Shown here in pieces: positions 1 through 10,408 of a stretch of 64,000 bases of DNA. The position numbers were made by a program, and so were the translations under genes. Position 1 is the first letter of the stretch, and the number at the start of each line of letters is the position of its first letter. The notes under the pieces are model-generated. The model had not been told where the DNA came from, did no database searches, and saw only the letters and a list, made by a program, of their open reading frames with translations. The stretch is from an uncultured Pseudomonadota bacterium (GTDB lineage Bacteria > Pseudomonadota > Alphaproteobacteria > Rhizobiales > Xanthobacteraceae), in NCBI GenBank assembly GCA_963819325.1, contig CAWFVT010000004.1:58786-122785 (forward strand), written 5' to 3'.

Positions 1-744
1 CTTCTGGGCAATCGCTTCGGACACATCGATGGGAAGAAATTTGGGTTCGCCCCGCTCGCGGGCGGTCGCGGCGATGGCGTCGGCGGTAATCTTGCTGTCC
101 AGAGGCCCTACCGCCATGAACGCATCGATGGTCGGATCGCGGGCCATTTCGTTGATCTGATTGGTGCCGAATTGCACCACCGTGACCTTGTCGGGAGCAA
201 TGCCGGACTCGCCCAGAATAATCCGGAGCAGGGTGACGTTGGCCTGGGTTCTTCCGATCACGGCGATGCGGTGTCCCAAGAGATCGTCGAGGCTTTTGAT
301 CTTGGGCGCCGGACTCTTTTTCGAGCCCTTGACCGGCAGTCCCGAGGGCGCCCACAGAACGACGACGTTCTTGCGCAAGATCGCAACCGACTGGGCATCG
401 GCCGGCAGATCCAGATCGGCGCGCGCTACCGCCATATCCGTTTTGGACGTGGCCAGCAGCGCAACGCTCTCGACCGCACCCTCCGTTGGGATCGGGGCAA
501 GCCGGATCGAGTTGTGCTGCCGGGCGAACGTCTGGGCCAGTAACTGAACGAGCTTCTGGTCGTCGCTTCCTGGTGGGCCCACCGCGATGCGCAAGGTTTC
601 AGGCCGCAACACGAAATACAGAGCGCCTGCGATCGCGACGAAAACAAATATCCCCGCAAACAAGACCAATAGCGAATTGCGTGTTCGCTGCCGGCGCCGC
701 TGCTGCGCACTGCTGGAGTGTTCGATCGGGTCAGGTGCAGGCAT
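1..744 (-). CDS. TAXI-family TRAP transporter solute-binding subunit (runs off window edge)
   Basis: Hand translation from ATG at 744: MPAPDPIEHS...LLVLFAGIFVFVAIAGALYFVLRPETLRIAVGPPGSDDQKL...FMAVGPLDSKIT...PKFLPIDVSEAIAQK; absent from ORF track because no stop in window. Confidence 0.75.
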   Translation of the reverse strand, partial: MPAPDPIEHSSSAQQRRRQRTRNSLLVLFAGIFVFVAIAGALYFVLRPETLRIAVGPPGSDDQKLVQLLAQTFARQHNSIRLAPIPTEGAVESVALLATSKTDMAVARADLDLPADAQSVAILRKNVVVLWAPSGLPVKGSKKSPAPKIKSLDDLLGHRIAVIGRTQANVTLLRIILGESGIAPDKVTVVQFGTNQINEMARDPTIDAFMAVGPLDSKITADAIAATARERGEPKFLPIDVSEAIAQK

Positions 745-1141
745 AGGTTCTGAAAATCGGGTTGTTAAGGTTTCGGCTCCGAACGCCCTCGCCAAGGTGT
801 GCGTCGCCGACCATGGGGCTCGCGACTTCCGTCACCGGCATCCACCATTCTACGCCGTTTCTCTTGCCGGCGGTACAGTAATCGCGAACGTTGCCGACAG
901 GGCGAAAGCCAGAACCAGAATTAACCTCTTTTCCGGAGATCCCGCCCCCCGCCAAAGAACACCAGGCGCGGCGTCAGGCAGAGGGACGAACGGGAAGACC
1001 GCGCTTTTCGGCTTCATCCCGCCAATGGTGGATGGAGCGGGAGGAACAGGTCGATAAAGCCCGCGGCGGTCAAGCTAAATACAGCAAAGACGCGGTTGCG
1101 GAAATGTGGTTAGCTCTCTATCCAAACGGGAGGATGGCAAC

Positions 1142-1495
1142 ATGATCGAACCGAAACTGGAAGTCCCGGCTGAATTGCGCGATTTGGCTGAAAAGACCAT
1201 CGATCAGGCGGAAAAGGCATTCGGGATGTTTTTCGATGCCGCAAACAAGTCGGTGACGTCGATTCCGGGCCCGGGAACGGAAATCTCCCGGCAGGCGCTT
1301 ACCTTCACCGAGCAGAACATGAAGGCCGCGTTCGAGCATGCGCGAAAGCTGGTTCACGCCACTGATCTTCAGCAGGCCATCCAGATTCAATCGGAATTCC
1401 TGAGAAGTCAGTTTACCAATGCCGGAGAACATATGAGGCAGATCACCGGCGGAATGATGTCGGCTGCGAAGAATGCGTCGAAAGGCCAGCTCTGA
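1142..1495 (+). CDS. Phasin (PHA granule-associated protein)
   Basis: EVPAELRDLAEKTIDQAEKAF...NMKAAFEHARKLVHATDLQQAIQIQSEF; GGAGG RBS upstream. Confidence 0.85.
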   Translation: MIEPKLEVPAELRDLAEKTIDQAEKAFGMFFDAANKSVTSIPGPGTEISRQALTFTEQNMKAAFEHARKLVHATDLQQAIQIQSEFLRSQFTNAGEHMRQITGGMMSAAKNASKGQL

Positions 1496-1600
1496 CGCCC
1501 GCGGGCCGGTATCTTTGCAAAGATTAATTCGTCGACAAGCTGCGTTGCCTTGTCAAATGCCGGCGTGATACAAGCGCGGCTTCCAAATTGAGGAGCCGAC

Positions 1601-1825
1601 ATGGCCAAGAAGAAAAAATCAGCAAAGAAAAAAACATCAGCGAAAAAAACAACGAAGAAAACAACCGTCAGGCGCTCATGGACATCATCGGATGTGCGTG
1701 AACTAAAATCGCTGGCGAAGAAAAAGGCCGGCGTTGCCCGTATCGCGAAAGCGTTGAAGCGCACCCCCGGCGCTATCGCCGTCAAGGCGCATCAACTGGG
1801 GGTATCGTTGGATACGCGGGGTTGA
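1601..1825 (+). CDS. Small basic protein, Lys-rich N-terminus plus putative HTH-like domain
   Basis: GAGGAG RBS; MAKKKKSAKKK...RRSWTSSDVRELKSLA...IAKALKRTPGAIAVKAHQLG. Confidence 0.75.
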   Translation: MAKKKKSAKKKTSAKKTTKKTTVRRSWTSSDVRELKSLAKKKAGVARIAKALKRTPGAIAVKAHQLGVSLDTRG

Positions 1826-1861
1826 ATAATTTTTTGCCCACAAAATGATCTTGCGTGGGTT

Positions 1862-2010
1862 TGCACGGTGGACTTTAATCACCGCGCAGGTCCTTGACGG
1901 GCCACCGGGTGATTGCTCGCCGTCCGTCAACTTTTCTGCTGATCCCTGTCGGTTCCCACCGGCAGGGATTTGCATATCGGGCAAGCACATCGGGTAAGCA
2001 TATCGGGTAC
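1862..2010. repeat. Three hairpins followed by 3 x 13-bp tandem repeat
   Basis: Stems 1862-1888, 1894-1930, 1942-1969; units gcatatcgggcaa / gcacatcgggtaa / gcatatcgggtac at 1972-2010. Confidence 0.6.
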
Positions 2011-2251
2011 GGCGTAGCAGATGGTTGCGCCGGCAGTGCGCTCGCCGACGCTTATTCGGACGTTTTTTCTTTTTATTCCTTCTTTTTAGTCGAATGCCGT
2101 CATGGACCGTCAGCCATGGTTCCAGCAAATCCGGAACTTCGATGCCGGGATAACCGATGCGCGCAATGGCAAGCTGACCTTAACTCTGCTGATTAACCCC
2201 TGATCGAGCCGACACCGCTATACACTCTGCGGGATCAACGGGCATTCAGCC

Positions 2252-4072
2252 ATGAACACAGGCGTCACAGACCAATCGGCAGATCGCCGGCGGCGCAAAC
2301 CCTCCGCCGCCAAGAGCTGGCTGAAGGCCATCGAGCTGACATCTCGCATCGAGGCCGATCCGCGCCGGTTGTTTGCCGACATGGTCGAGGATTGGTCGGA
2401 GCGGCAGCCGGACCGAGCCGGTCTGATATCGGAAACCGAGACGTTCAGTTACCGGACATTGGCCGAAAGGATCAACCGCTACGCGCGCTGGGCGCTATCG
2501 GCGGGGATTGAAGCGGGTGATACCGTTTGCCTGTTGATGCCGAGCCGGCCGGACTACATCGCCGCCTGGCTCGGCATTACCAAAGTTGGCGGCGTCACAG
2601 CACTCATCAATACCAAACTGGTCGGGTTGTCGCTGTCGCATTGTATCAACGTCGCCGATGCGGATCACATCATCCTCGCGGATGATCTCAGAGCGATTTT
2701 CGAGACCGCCGCGCCGCATTTGATCCGCAAGCCGAAAATCTGGATCCACGGCGGCGGCTGCGAACAGACCAATGGCGAAACCAGCATCGACGCGGCGCTC
2801 GAGCGGATCGACGGCAGCAAGCTGACCCCGGCCGAAAGACGCGGCGTCACCATCAATGATCGCGCGCTCCTGATCTACACATCGGGCACCACCGGATTGC
2901 CGAAGGCCGCCAGCATCAGCCACCGGCGTGTCCTCAACTGGGGCGGCTGGTTTGCCGGATTGACGGACGCTTCACCCGAAGACCGGCTGTATAATTGCCT
3001 GCCGCTGTTTCACAGCGTCGGCGGCATCGTCGCGCCATGCAGCATGCTGTTCGCGGGAGCATCGGTGGTGCTGTCGGACAAATTCTCCGTGAACCGCTTC
3101 TGGCACGATATCGTGCGCTGGGAGTGCACGTTGTTTCAGTATATCGGCGAGCTTTGCCGGTATCTTCTGAAGGCTCCGCCGTCCGAATATGAGAGCAAAC
3201 ATCGGCTTCGGCTCGCCTGCGGCAATGGCTTGCGCGGCGACATCTGGGAAGCGTTTCAGGCGCGCTTCGCGATTCCCCATATACTGGAGTTTTATGCGGC
3301 CACCGAAGGCAATTTCTCGCTTTACAATGTCGAGGGCAGGCCGGGCGCGATCGGCCGGATCCCACCCTTGCTGGCGCATCGCTTTCCAGCCGCGATCATT
3401 CGTATCGATACCGAGCTTGGCGCTCCCGTTCGCAACCTGGATGGACTTTGCATCGCTTGCGCCCGCGGCGAGGTCGGCGAAGCCATCGGCCGCATCGGGA
3501 CAGCCGATGATGGTGGTGGCCGCTTCGAGGGCTACACTGACGCCGCCGCGACTGAAAAGAAGGTCCTGCGCGATGTGCTCGCCAAAGGTGACGCCTGGTT
3601 TCGTACCGGCGATCTGATGAGGCTCGACGAAAGCGGCTATTTCCACTTTGTCGATCGGGTCGGAGACACCTTCCGCTGGAAAGGTGAAAATGTCGCGACC
3701 TCCGAGGTGACCCAGGCGGTCGTGGATTGCCCGGGAGTGGTCGAGGCGACTACCTACGGCGTCGAAATTCCCGGCGCCGACGGCCGCGCGGGCATGGTTG
3801 CGATCGTGGTGGACGACGGCTTTGACCTGGGGGGGTTGCAGCATCATCTTTCGAGCCGGCTGCCGGCCTACGCCTGTCCGGTCGTGGTCCGCATCTGTTC
3901 GGCGCTGGATACCACCGAGACCTTCAAGCAAAAAAAACAAGATCTGATGCGGGAGGGATTTGATCCGCGTCTCGTGAACGACCCGATGTTTTTTGGAGAT
4001 TCCGCCGGCGCTTATCTGCCGCTCGACGCGGCTGCCTTTGCAGGCATATCGGACGGCTCGATCCGGCTCTGA
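2252..4072 (+). CDS. Long-chain acyl-CoA synthetase (FATP/very-long-chain type)
   Basis: IYTSGTTGLPKAA, FQYIGELCRYL, EFYAATEGN, WFRTGDL, DRVGDTFRWKGENVAT. Confidence 0.92.
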   Translation: MNTGVTDQSADRRRRKPSAAKSWLKAIELTSRIEADPRRLFADMVEDWSERQPDRAGLISETETFSYRTLAERINRYARWALSAGIEAGDTVCLLMPSRPDYIAAWLGITKVGGVTALINTKLVGLSLSHCINVADADHIILADDLRAIFETAAPHLIRKPKIWIHGGGCEQTNGETSIDAALERIDGSKLTPAERRGVTINDRALLIYTSGTTGLPKAASISHRRVLNWGGWFAGLTDASPEDRLYNCLPLFHSVGGIVAPCSMLFAGASVVLSDKFSVNRFWHDIVRWECTLFQYIGELCRYLLKAPPSEYESKHRLRLACGNGLRGDIWEAFQARFAIPHILEFYAATEGNFSLYNVEGRPGAIGRIPPLLAHRFPAAIIRIDTELGAPVRNLDGLCIACARGEVGEAIGRIGTADDGGGRFEGYTDAAATEKKVLRDVLAKGDAWFRTGDLMRLDESGYFHFVDRVGDTFRWKGENVATSEVTQAVVDCPGVVEATTYGVEIPGADGRAGMVAIVVDDGFDLGGLQHHLSSRLPAYACPVVVRICSALDTTETFKQKKQDLMREGFDPRLVNDPMFFGDSAGAYLPLDAAAFAGISDGSIRL

Positions 4073-4079
4073 GCCGGCC

Positions 4080-4955
4080 TCAAAGCCCGTAAATGGCGAG
4101 TTCGGTATCGGCGAGATCGCCGAGACGCGGCTGATGCGGGCCCTTGAAATATTTGCGGCCGCGCACCTCGCTATAGATGCCGGGCAATTTCGCTATCGGT
4201 CCGTTTGCATCGACGATAACAACCGGTTTTCCGCGGGGCAGCAAATAGCGTCCGATCGCGCCGGCGCAGCGAACGTAGTCCTCGACGCTGCGGCAATAGC
4301 CGAGCTGCATGGCGGGCACCGGAATCACGCCCCGACGTTTTCGCATGGGGAAAAAAACAAACGGAAGCACGTTTCCGTCAGTGTGACAGACGAGGCTGAG
4401 GCAGCCATATTCGGCGTGACGCTTGAGCAGTTCAAGGTCGTCACCGGGTAGTCCCTTGACGTCGAGTGTGTGGGGAGCAATCGCTTCGATGGTCATGCCG
4501 CGCCCGCCTGGCGACAGAGCCGGCACCGAAAAATGCAGGCCGCGGCAGTAGAGCTTGAATCCTTGCGCCTCGATGACCGGCCAGGTCGCGGTCGCCGGCG
4601 TGACGTTGAAAAAAGTAACGTCCTTGCGCTTCTGGGTCATGGAGGCGAACAGCGCAGCATAGTTGCGGAATGCCGGATCAACATACCAGCTCGACAGGTT
4701 GCAGAAGAGCGCGGCCTGGCCATCGACGATCCTGGTCGAATACACCACGAGCAGGCAGCCGACCGGCACTCCCTGGTTTTCGAGCAGATAGCCGTAGCGT
4801 GGAACACCTGAAGGGAGCGGTCGCGTCGCCTGCCGTCGCAGGCCGCCCATCCAGTATTGGCGCCTTCGATGCACGAAGCCTCGGGTCAGCAAATCGCCGA
4901 TAGCGTCGAGATCGTTCTCCAGTATCTCGCGAATTCGGGGTTTGACGGCCAGCAT
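4080..4955 (-). CDS. Putative acyl-CoA/acyl-ACP acyltransferase (GNAT-like fold)
   Basis: IREILENDLDAIGDLL...GYLLENQGVPVGCL...CNLSSWYVDPAFR resembles GNAT strands and motif A; context beside ACP. Confidence 0.6.
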   Translation of the reverse strand: MLAVKPRIREILENDLDAIGDLLTRGFVHRRRQYWMGGLRRQATRPLPSGVPRYGYLLENQGVPVGCLLVVYSTRIVDGQAALFCNLSSWYVDPAFRNYAALFASMTQKRKDVTFFNVTPATATWPVIEAQGFKLYCRGLHFSVPALSPGGRGMTIEAIAPHTLDVKGLPGDDLELLKRHAEYGCLSLVCHTDGNVLPFVFFPMRKRRGVIPVPAMQLGYCRSVEDYVRCAGAIGRYLLPRGKPVVIVDANGPIAKLPGIYSEVRGRKYFKGPHQPRLGDLADTELAIYGL

Positions 4956-5056
4956 CGGTTTACCAATGAAACTAAAAGATCGTCGAACGGCGAAGTTACT
5001 TCACATTTTTGCTCTATCATGAGCTTTCTCAATTTAATGAAAAGATGAAACGGTCC

Positions 5057-5302
5057 ATGTCGACAAGGTTAAAGATTATTTCCGCGATGCAGCAGATAGC
5101 CGTCGAGCAGAAGGTCACGCTGCCCCCGCTCAACGATGATCTGTCTCTGCACGAAACCGGCTTCGATTCGCTCGGCTTTGCGATCCTGGTTGCGAGGCTG
5201 GAAGACGAACTCGGCATCGATCCGTTTACCATATCGGAGGATGCGGCGTTTCCCCTCACAATAGGCGACTTCATCAAGGCCTATGAAAATGTCCCCGCGT
5301 GA
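5057..5302 (+). CDS. Acyl carrier protein
   Basis: Acidic 81 aa with GFDSL phosphopantetheine site and LEDELGIDPF. Confidence 0.9.
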   Translation: MSTRLKIISAMQQIAVEQKVTLPPLNDDLSLHETGFDSLGFAILVARLEDELGIDPFTISEDAAFPLTIGDFIKAYENVPA

Positions 5303-6674
5303 GGCCTTTGCGCTCCGTGACTATCTCGGCGCGGACTTAAAAGGCCGCACGATATCGGATGCGCGGCAGGTGGTGTCGCTGACGGATATCCTGGGGGAGA
5401 CCTGCCTCGCAGACCGGCTCGGCGAACTCTCCGGGCGGTCGGTTTTGTTGGCCGTGGCGGATCAGCTGATATCCGGGATCGTGATGACGGAGCTCGACGG
5501 CGTTGCGCGGCGGATGCTGCTGTGTCCGCCCGATCTCAACGCCGACTACCTTCGAGCCCTGATGGAAGGCGCTGGCATTGATGCCGTGGTGACCGATGAT
5601 CCGCCGCGGTGGGCGGACGCGGAAACCAGGCTGATCGTAACCGCCGGCGTGCCCGGACATGCGGCCGCCAAGGCGCAGACCGAGCGGGCGACGGAATGGT
5701 TGATGCTGACATCGGGCACCTCGGGCGTGCCGAAGATCGTCCACCATACCCTGGAGGGACTGACCGGCGCGATCGTCGCGGACAGCCCGGCGCGAAGCGG
5801 CCCTGCGGTCTGGGCCACCTTCTATGATATTCGCCGCTACGGCGGCCTTCAGATATTCCTGCGCGCCATTATAGGCGGCGGCTCGATGGTCTTGTCGGAG
5901 CCGGGCGAGCCGCTTGCTGATTACATCAACCGGCTGCGCGCGGCCGGTGTCAGCCAGATTTCCGGCACGCCGTCGCACTGGCGCAAACTTCTGATGAGCG
6001 GATCGGTCGCGGGGTTTTCACCCCGTTACGTTCGGTTGTCGGGCGAGATCGCCGACCAGGCCGTGCTTGACGGCTTGAGCCGGGCCTTTCCCGAAGCCTC
6101 GATCGGTCATGCCTATGCCTCGACCGAGGCCGGCGTTGGCTTTGCAGTAAATGACGGGCTGGAAGGTTTTCCGGCAACCATGATCGGGGATAGCCGTGGC
6201 GGCGTCGAAATGAAAGTCGAGGACGGATCGCTCCGGATTCGTTCGACGCGAACCGCCCGTGCCTATGTCGGCCCAAATGCGGCCGCGCTGGCCGATGCCG
6301 AGGGATTCGTTGATACCGGCGACATGGTCGAGTTGCGTGGAGACCGATACCACTTCGTGGGAAGGCGTGGCGGCATCATCAATATCGGCGGCCTCAAGGT
6401 TCATCCGGAAGAAATAGAAGCCGTCATCAACCGGCATGCCGAGGTACGCATGTCGCGGGCCAAATCCCGGCGCAGCCCGATCACCGGCGCCATTGTGGTC
6501 GCCGATGTCATTCTGGCTGAAGGCACCGACGCTGGCCGGAGCGGCGAGATACGCGATCAAATCCTGGCCGATTGCAGGGCGTCCCTGCCGTCTTACAAGG
6601 TCCCCGCCGTGATCAGGTTCGTCCGCTCGCTCGACATCACCGCTGCCGGAAAGCTGGCCCGGCACGATGCATAA
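5283..6674 (+). CDS. ANL-family adenylate-forming ligase (likely ACP-loading)
   Basis: LTSGTSGVPK, YASTEAG, DTGD, GRRGGIINIGGLKVHPEEIE, GKLAR; overlaps ACP stop. Confidence 0.88.
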   Translation: MKMSPREAFALRDYLGADLKGRTISDARQVVSLTDILGETCLADRLGELSGRSVLLAVADQLISGIVMTELDGVARRMLLCPPDLNADYLRALMEGAGIDAVVTDDPPRWADAETRLIVTAGVPGHAAAKAQTERATEWLMLTSGTSGVPKIVHHTLEGLTGAIVADSPARSGPAVWATFYDIRRYGGLQIFLRAIIGGGSMVLSEPGEPLADYINRLRAAGVSQISGTPSHWRKLLMSGSVAGFSPRYVRLSGEIADQAVLDGLSRAFPEASIGHAYASTEAGVGFAVNDGLEGFPATMIGDSRGGVEMKVEDGSLRIRSTRTARAYVGPNAAALADAEGFVDTGDMVELRGDRYHFVGRRGGIINIGGLKVHPEEIEAVINRHAEVRMSRAKSRRSPITGAIVVADVILAEGTDAGRSGEIRDQILADCRASLPSYKVPAVIRFVRSLDITAAGKLARHDA

Positions 6675-7401
6675 CGTTCTGGTCACCGGAGGCAGCCGCG
6701 GCATAGGCCTTGCCATCTCGCGAAGAGTAGCCGCGGCGGGCTACAACGTGATTGCGGTGGCGCGCCGCGAAAGCGACGAATTGGGCGATGCCATCCGCGA
6801 TGCCGTCAAGCAAGGCGCCGGCAGTCTTCATTTCAGGGCGTTCGACCTGAACGAGGTCGATGCGATCCCGTCTTTCGTGAAGGGGCTGCGCGACGAATTC
6901 GGTGCCATTTACGGCTTGGTCAACAATGCCGGGATTGGCACCGAGGGGCTGCTTGCGACCATGCACAACACCGAGATCGAGGCATTGCTGCGCCTCAACA
7001 TCCTGGCCCCGGTTATTCTCACAAAATACGTGGTGCGGCACATGATGGCTGATGGCGCCGGCCGCATCATCAACATGTCGTCGATCATCGCCACCACAGG
7101 CTATAACGGCCTGTCCGTATATGGAGCGACCAAGGCTGCCGCGACCGGCTTCACCCGCTCGCTCGCGCGCGAAGTTGGCAAGCTCGGAATCACCGTGAAC
7201 GCGATCGCGCCGGGCTTCGTGGATACCGATCTGACACAAAGCCTATCCGAAGATCAGCGCCAGCGGATCGCTGGCCGCAGCGCGTTGCGCCGGCTGGCTC
7301 AGCCTGACGATGTCGCACGGATGGTGGAATATCTGCTGGGGGATGGCGGCCGCAATGTTACCGGGGCGGTGTTGACCATCGACGCCGGAAACACGGCCTG
7401 A
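6667..7401 (+). CDS. SDR family 3-oxoacyl-ACP reductase-like
   Basis: TGGSRGIG, NNAG, YGATK; overlaps upstream stop. Confidence 0.9.
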   Translation: MHNVLVTGGSRGIGLAISRRVAAAGYNVIAVARRESDELGDAIRDAVKQGAGSLHFRAFDLNEVDAIPSFVKGLRDEFGAIYGLVNNAGIGTEGLLATMHNTEIEALLRLNILAPVILTKYVVRHMMADGAGRIINMSSIIATTGYNGLSVYGATKAAATGFTRSLAREVGKLGITVNAIAPGFVDTDLTQSLSEDQRQRIAGRSALRRLAQPDDVARMVEYLLGDGGRNVTGAVLTIDAGNTA

Positions 7402-7530
7402 ACCGGTCGTATCCGCCGGGCCGCTGGTACCGGGGCGGCTTACCACGGTGTCATGATTTTTCTCTGGTTCGTCCCGAAAATGCGCCAAGCTTTGACGTTT
7501 TTGGCCACAATCCAAAACAACTATTAACCC

Positions 7531-7641
7531 ATGAAGACCTTGGCCGTCATTTCGATTCTGGCGCTGCTCACGATTACCGGAGCGGTTTACACCGATCAGC
7601 TGATGACGAGCGGGCAGCAGGCTGCAGAAGCGGCGAATTGA
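7531..7641 (+). CDS. Possible 36-aa secreted or membrane peptide
   Basis: Hand translation MKTLAVISILALLTITGAVYTDQLMTSGQQAAEAAN*; signal-peptide-like, no clear RBS. Confidence 0.4.
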   Translation: MKTLAVISILALLTITGAVYTDQLMTSGQQAAEAAN

Positions 7642-7862
7642 AGTTGCCTCTCTTGAGGCTTGCTCTTGCAGGTTTGGGTTACCCTGGGGGACGATGACGA
7701 TGCTTTCGGTGGATCAATTTCTGAGACTGATAAGCCTTCCCGCCGTCGTGGCGGCATTTCTGATCGCATCGCAGATCTCGGGGGCCGGGATTCTCCTTCC
7801 CGCGCACGCGAAAATCGCCAGCCAGTAACAGCCGAAGATGGACAGCCCGGACCCCGCCGTCC

Positions 7863-8711
7863 CTACGGAGGAGCGGTTGGGCCTGGGTTGGAAACGATCA
7901 GCTTTTCCGTGTCCACCGCCGACAGCTCGCTGCTCGCACTGTCGCTCAGAAAATGATCCAGCGACGCCTGGATCTTCTGCTTCACGGAGTCGGGGCCCCG
8001 GTCGCTCATGTCGGTATGCTGGGCATTGGTCTTGATGATGTCGATGCCATCTTCCCTTGCTTCCTGGGGGGTCGGCAGCACGCCGGGATCGGTTTTGAAA
8101 TTCGGGTCCCTTGAGCGGAACGACAGGATCTTCAATTTGTCGCTGAGCACGAACGGGACCCGCAGATTATCGAGCGTGATGACTTTCGATACCAGGTCCG
8201 GATGTTGTTTGGCAAAGTACATGGAAATGTCTCCGCCATTGGAATGCCCGACCAGCGTCAGGTGGTCGTAATCGGCATTCGGATGCTGCTGCTGCAACTG
8301 CCCGACTACAAACAGGATGTTGGCTTCGCCGCGTTCATACACCCCCTGCCTTCCGACGTAGGGCATGCCGACCTTGGTCATCAACGGCGGGTCGGTCGCA
8401 ATATCCTGCTGAATGCTGGCGACCAGATATCCCCTTGCCGCAAAGACGTTGGCCAGGAATGAATACTCAGTGTTCTTGACGGTGTTGCCATTGCTGATGA
8501 TGGCGACCGGAAGTTTCCAGTAACCGGCATCTGCCTTGACCTCGTAGTCGCGGCGCACGGCAAGGTCCACGGCGACCGGCCGTTGGCGTGCGGCGTCGAA
8601 CAGGTTCAGCGTATCGTGCCGGATGGCCCATTTGCTGGCGGAAAAATACAGCCCGCCCATTAGAGCGCAAACGCAGGCCAAAATGGCGACGGCCCTCTTC
8701 ATCGATTCCAT
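7863..8711 (-). CDS. Exported alpha/beta hydrolase
   Basis: GHSNGG nucleophile elbow; N-terminal hydrophobic segment; start uncertain (8702/8711/8759). Confidence 0.8.
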   Translation of the reverse strand: MESMKRAVAILACVCALMGGLYFSASKWAIRHDTLNLFDAARQRPVAVDLAVRRDYEVKADAGYWKLPVAIISNGNTVKNTEYSFLANVFAARGYLVASIQQDIATDPPLMTKVGMPYVGRQGVYERGEANILFVVGQLQQQHPNADYDHLTLVGHSNGGDISMYFAKQHPDLVSKVITLDNLRVPFVLSDKLKILSFRSRDPNFKTDPGVLPTPQEAREDGIDIIKTNAQHTDMSDRGPDSVKQKIQASLDHFLSDSASSELSAVDTEKLIVSNPGPTAPP

Positions 8712-9100
8712 CCCGGTGGCGATCGTGTTTGATTCAATAAATGGTGTCGAGCCATACATTGGTCGAGGCCGGGGTCATTGGCGCCGAATTAAATTTAGGC
8801 AAGTATTGCACTGCATCCTTAACGGTTCGGTGCGTGGCCTCGGGAACCCTGCGCGTTTTCCTGGTGGCGACCAACTCGCGCCGGTTCTGTTCTGTGTGGT
8901 GTTTTCAAGGAGCCGCCCACTCCATTTCGAGCGATATCACGTCTTGTTTTTTGGCCCGCCGCGGACGTTGAGTGAACGGTGGGAATATGGCCAAATGCCT
9001 GTCGGCCTCATAGCCCTGCAAGCGCGCCCGGCGGCCATAGCACCCCACGAAAAAATGGCGACCTAAAATAGCGACCTAACAAAAAAAGAGCGGAACATCG

Positions 9101-10408
9101 ATGGCATCCAAATCACCGAAAGGTGCAGATCATGCAGACGGCGCCAGGCGCGAGCTGTCGCGCCGGCAAATATTGGGGGAGGGCAGCGCCTTGCTGGGCG
9201 GCGCGCTGGCGAGCGGGGTCGCCGGACAGGAGGCCGTGGCGGAGACGGCGACGACCAATGCCGACAATTTGCCGCCCAACGTTCCGGAATGGATGAAGGC
9301 GCCCGGCGATCCCATGGGAAGCCAGCTCTATGGAATGCCGTCGCCGTTCGAGAAGAACGTCGTCAAGAACATCTCGAAAAAACTGCCGCAATACCTATCC
9401 GCTGCGGGCCGGACTCCGCTGCAGGATCTCGATGGCATCATCACGCCGAACGGACTGTTCTACGAACGCCATCACGGCGGCGTTCCCACCATCGATCCGG
9501 AGCAGCATCGGCTGATGCTGCATGGCCTGGTGGACAGGCCTTTGATCCTCACAATGGAAGACATCCGCCGCTTTCCATCGGAATCCCGAATCCACTTTAT
9601 CGAATGTTCAGGCAACCCGGTCTACACCAAGCCTTACGGCAAGACCGCCTCCGACCTTGTTGGTCTGGTGAGCTGCGCGGAGTGGACCGGGGTCAGCCTG
9701 AAGCTTGTTTTGCAGGAAGCGGGACTGCGCCCTGAAGCCAAATGGCTGGTGGCCGAAGGCGCCGATGCCGCGGCGTTGACCCGCAGCGTTCCGATCGACA
9801 AATGTCTCGACGATGCGATGCTGGTCTATAGCCAGAACGGCGAGCGGCTGCGTCCGCAGCAGGGCTATCCGCTGCGGCTGCTGCTGCCCGGCTTCGAAGG
9901 CAACATGAACGTGAAATGGCTGCGCCGCCTCAAGGCCGTTGCGGAGCCGGCCTATTCCCGGGAAGAAACATCGAAATACACCGACCTGATGCCGGATGGC
10001 ACCGCGCGCGAATTCACATTTTACATGGAAGCGAAATCCATCATCACCCGGCCGTCGGGCGGCCAAAAGCTGAGCGCGACCGGCTTCCATGAGATTACCG
10101 GCATTGCCTGGAGCGGGCACGGCAAGATCAAGCGCGTCGATGTCTCGGTCGATGGCGGCAAGAACTGGCAAGAAGCCAAACTGCAGGAACCGGTTCTCAC
10201 ACGCGCGCTGACCCGCTTTCGGCTGCCGTGGCACTGGGACGGTCAGCCGGCCGTGATTCAAAGCCGTGCGATCGATGAGACCGATTACGTGCAGCCGACA
10301 TTTGCGGAGCTGCTGGCGGTTCGCGGCGAGAATTCATTCTACCATAACAATGCAATTCAGCCGTGGCGCATCGATGCGCAGGGGCAGGTGACCAATGCGA
10401 ATGCCTGA
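9101..10408 (+). CDS. soxC: Sulfite dehydrogenase SoxC-type molybdopterin subunit
   Basis: Tat motif SRRQIL; TPLQDLDGIITPNGLFYERHHGG, ECSGN, GYPLRLLLPGFEGNMNVKWL. Confidence 0.88.
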   Translation: MASKSPKGADHADGARRELSRRQILGEGSALLGGALASGVAGQEAVAETATTNADNLPPNVPEWMKAPGDPMGSQLYGMPSPFEKNVVKNISKKLPQYLSAAGRTPLQDLDGIITPNGLFYERHHGGVPTIDPEQHRLMLHGLVDRPLILTMEDIRRFPSESRIHFIECSGNPVYTKPYGKTASDLVGLVSCAEWTGVSLKLVLQEAGLRPEAKWLVAEGADAAALTRSVPIDKCLDDAMLVYSQNGERLRPQQGYPLRLLLPGFEGNMNVKWLRRLKAVAEPAYSREETSKYTDLMPDGTAREFTFYMEAKSIITRPSGGQKLSATGFHEITGIAWSGHGKIKRVDVSVDGGKNWQEAKLQEPVLTRALTRFRLPWHWDGQPAVIQSRAIDETDYVQPTFAELLAVRGENSFYHNNAIQPWRIDAQGQVTNANA

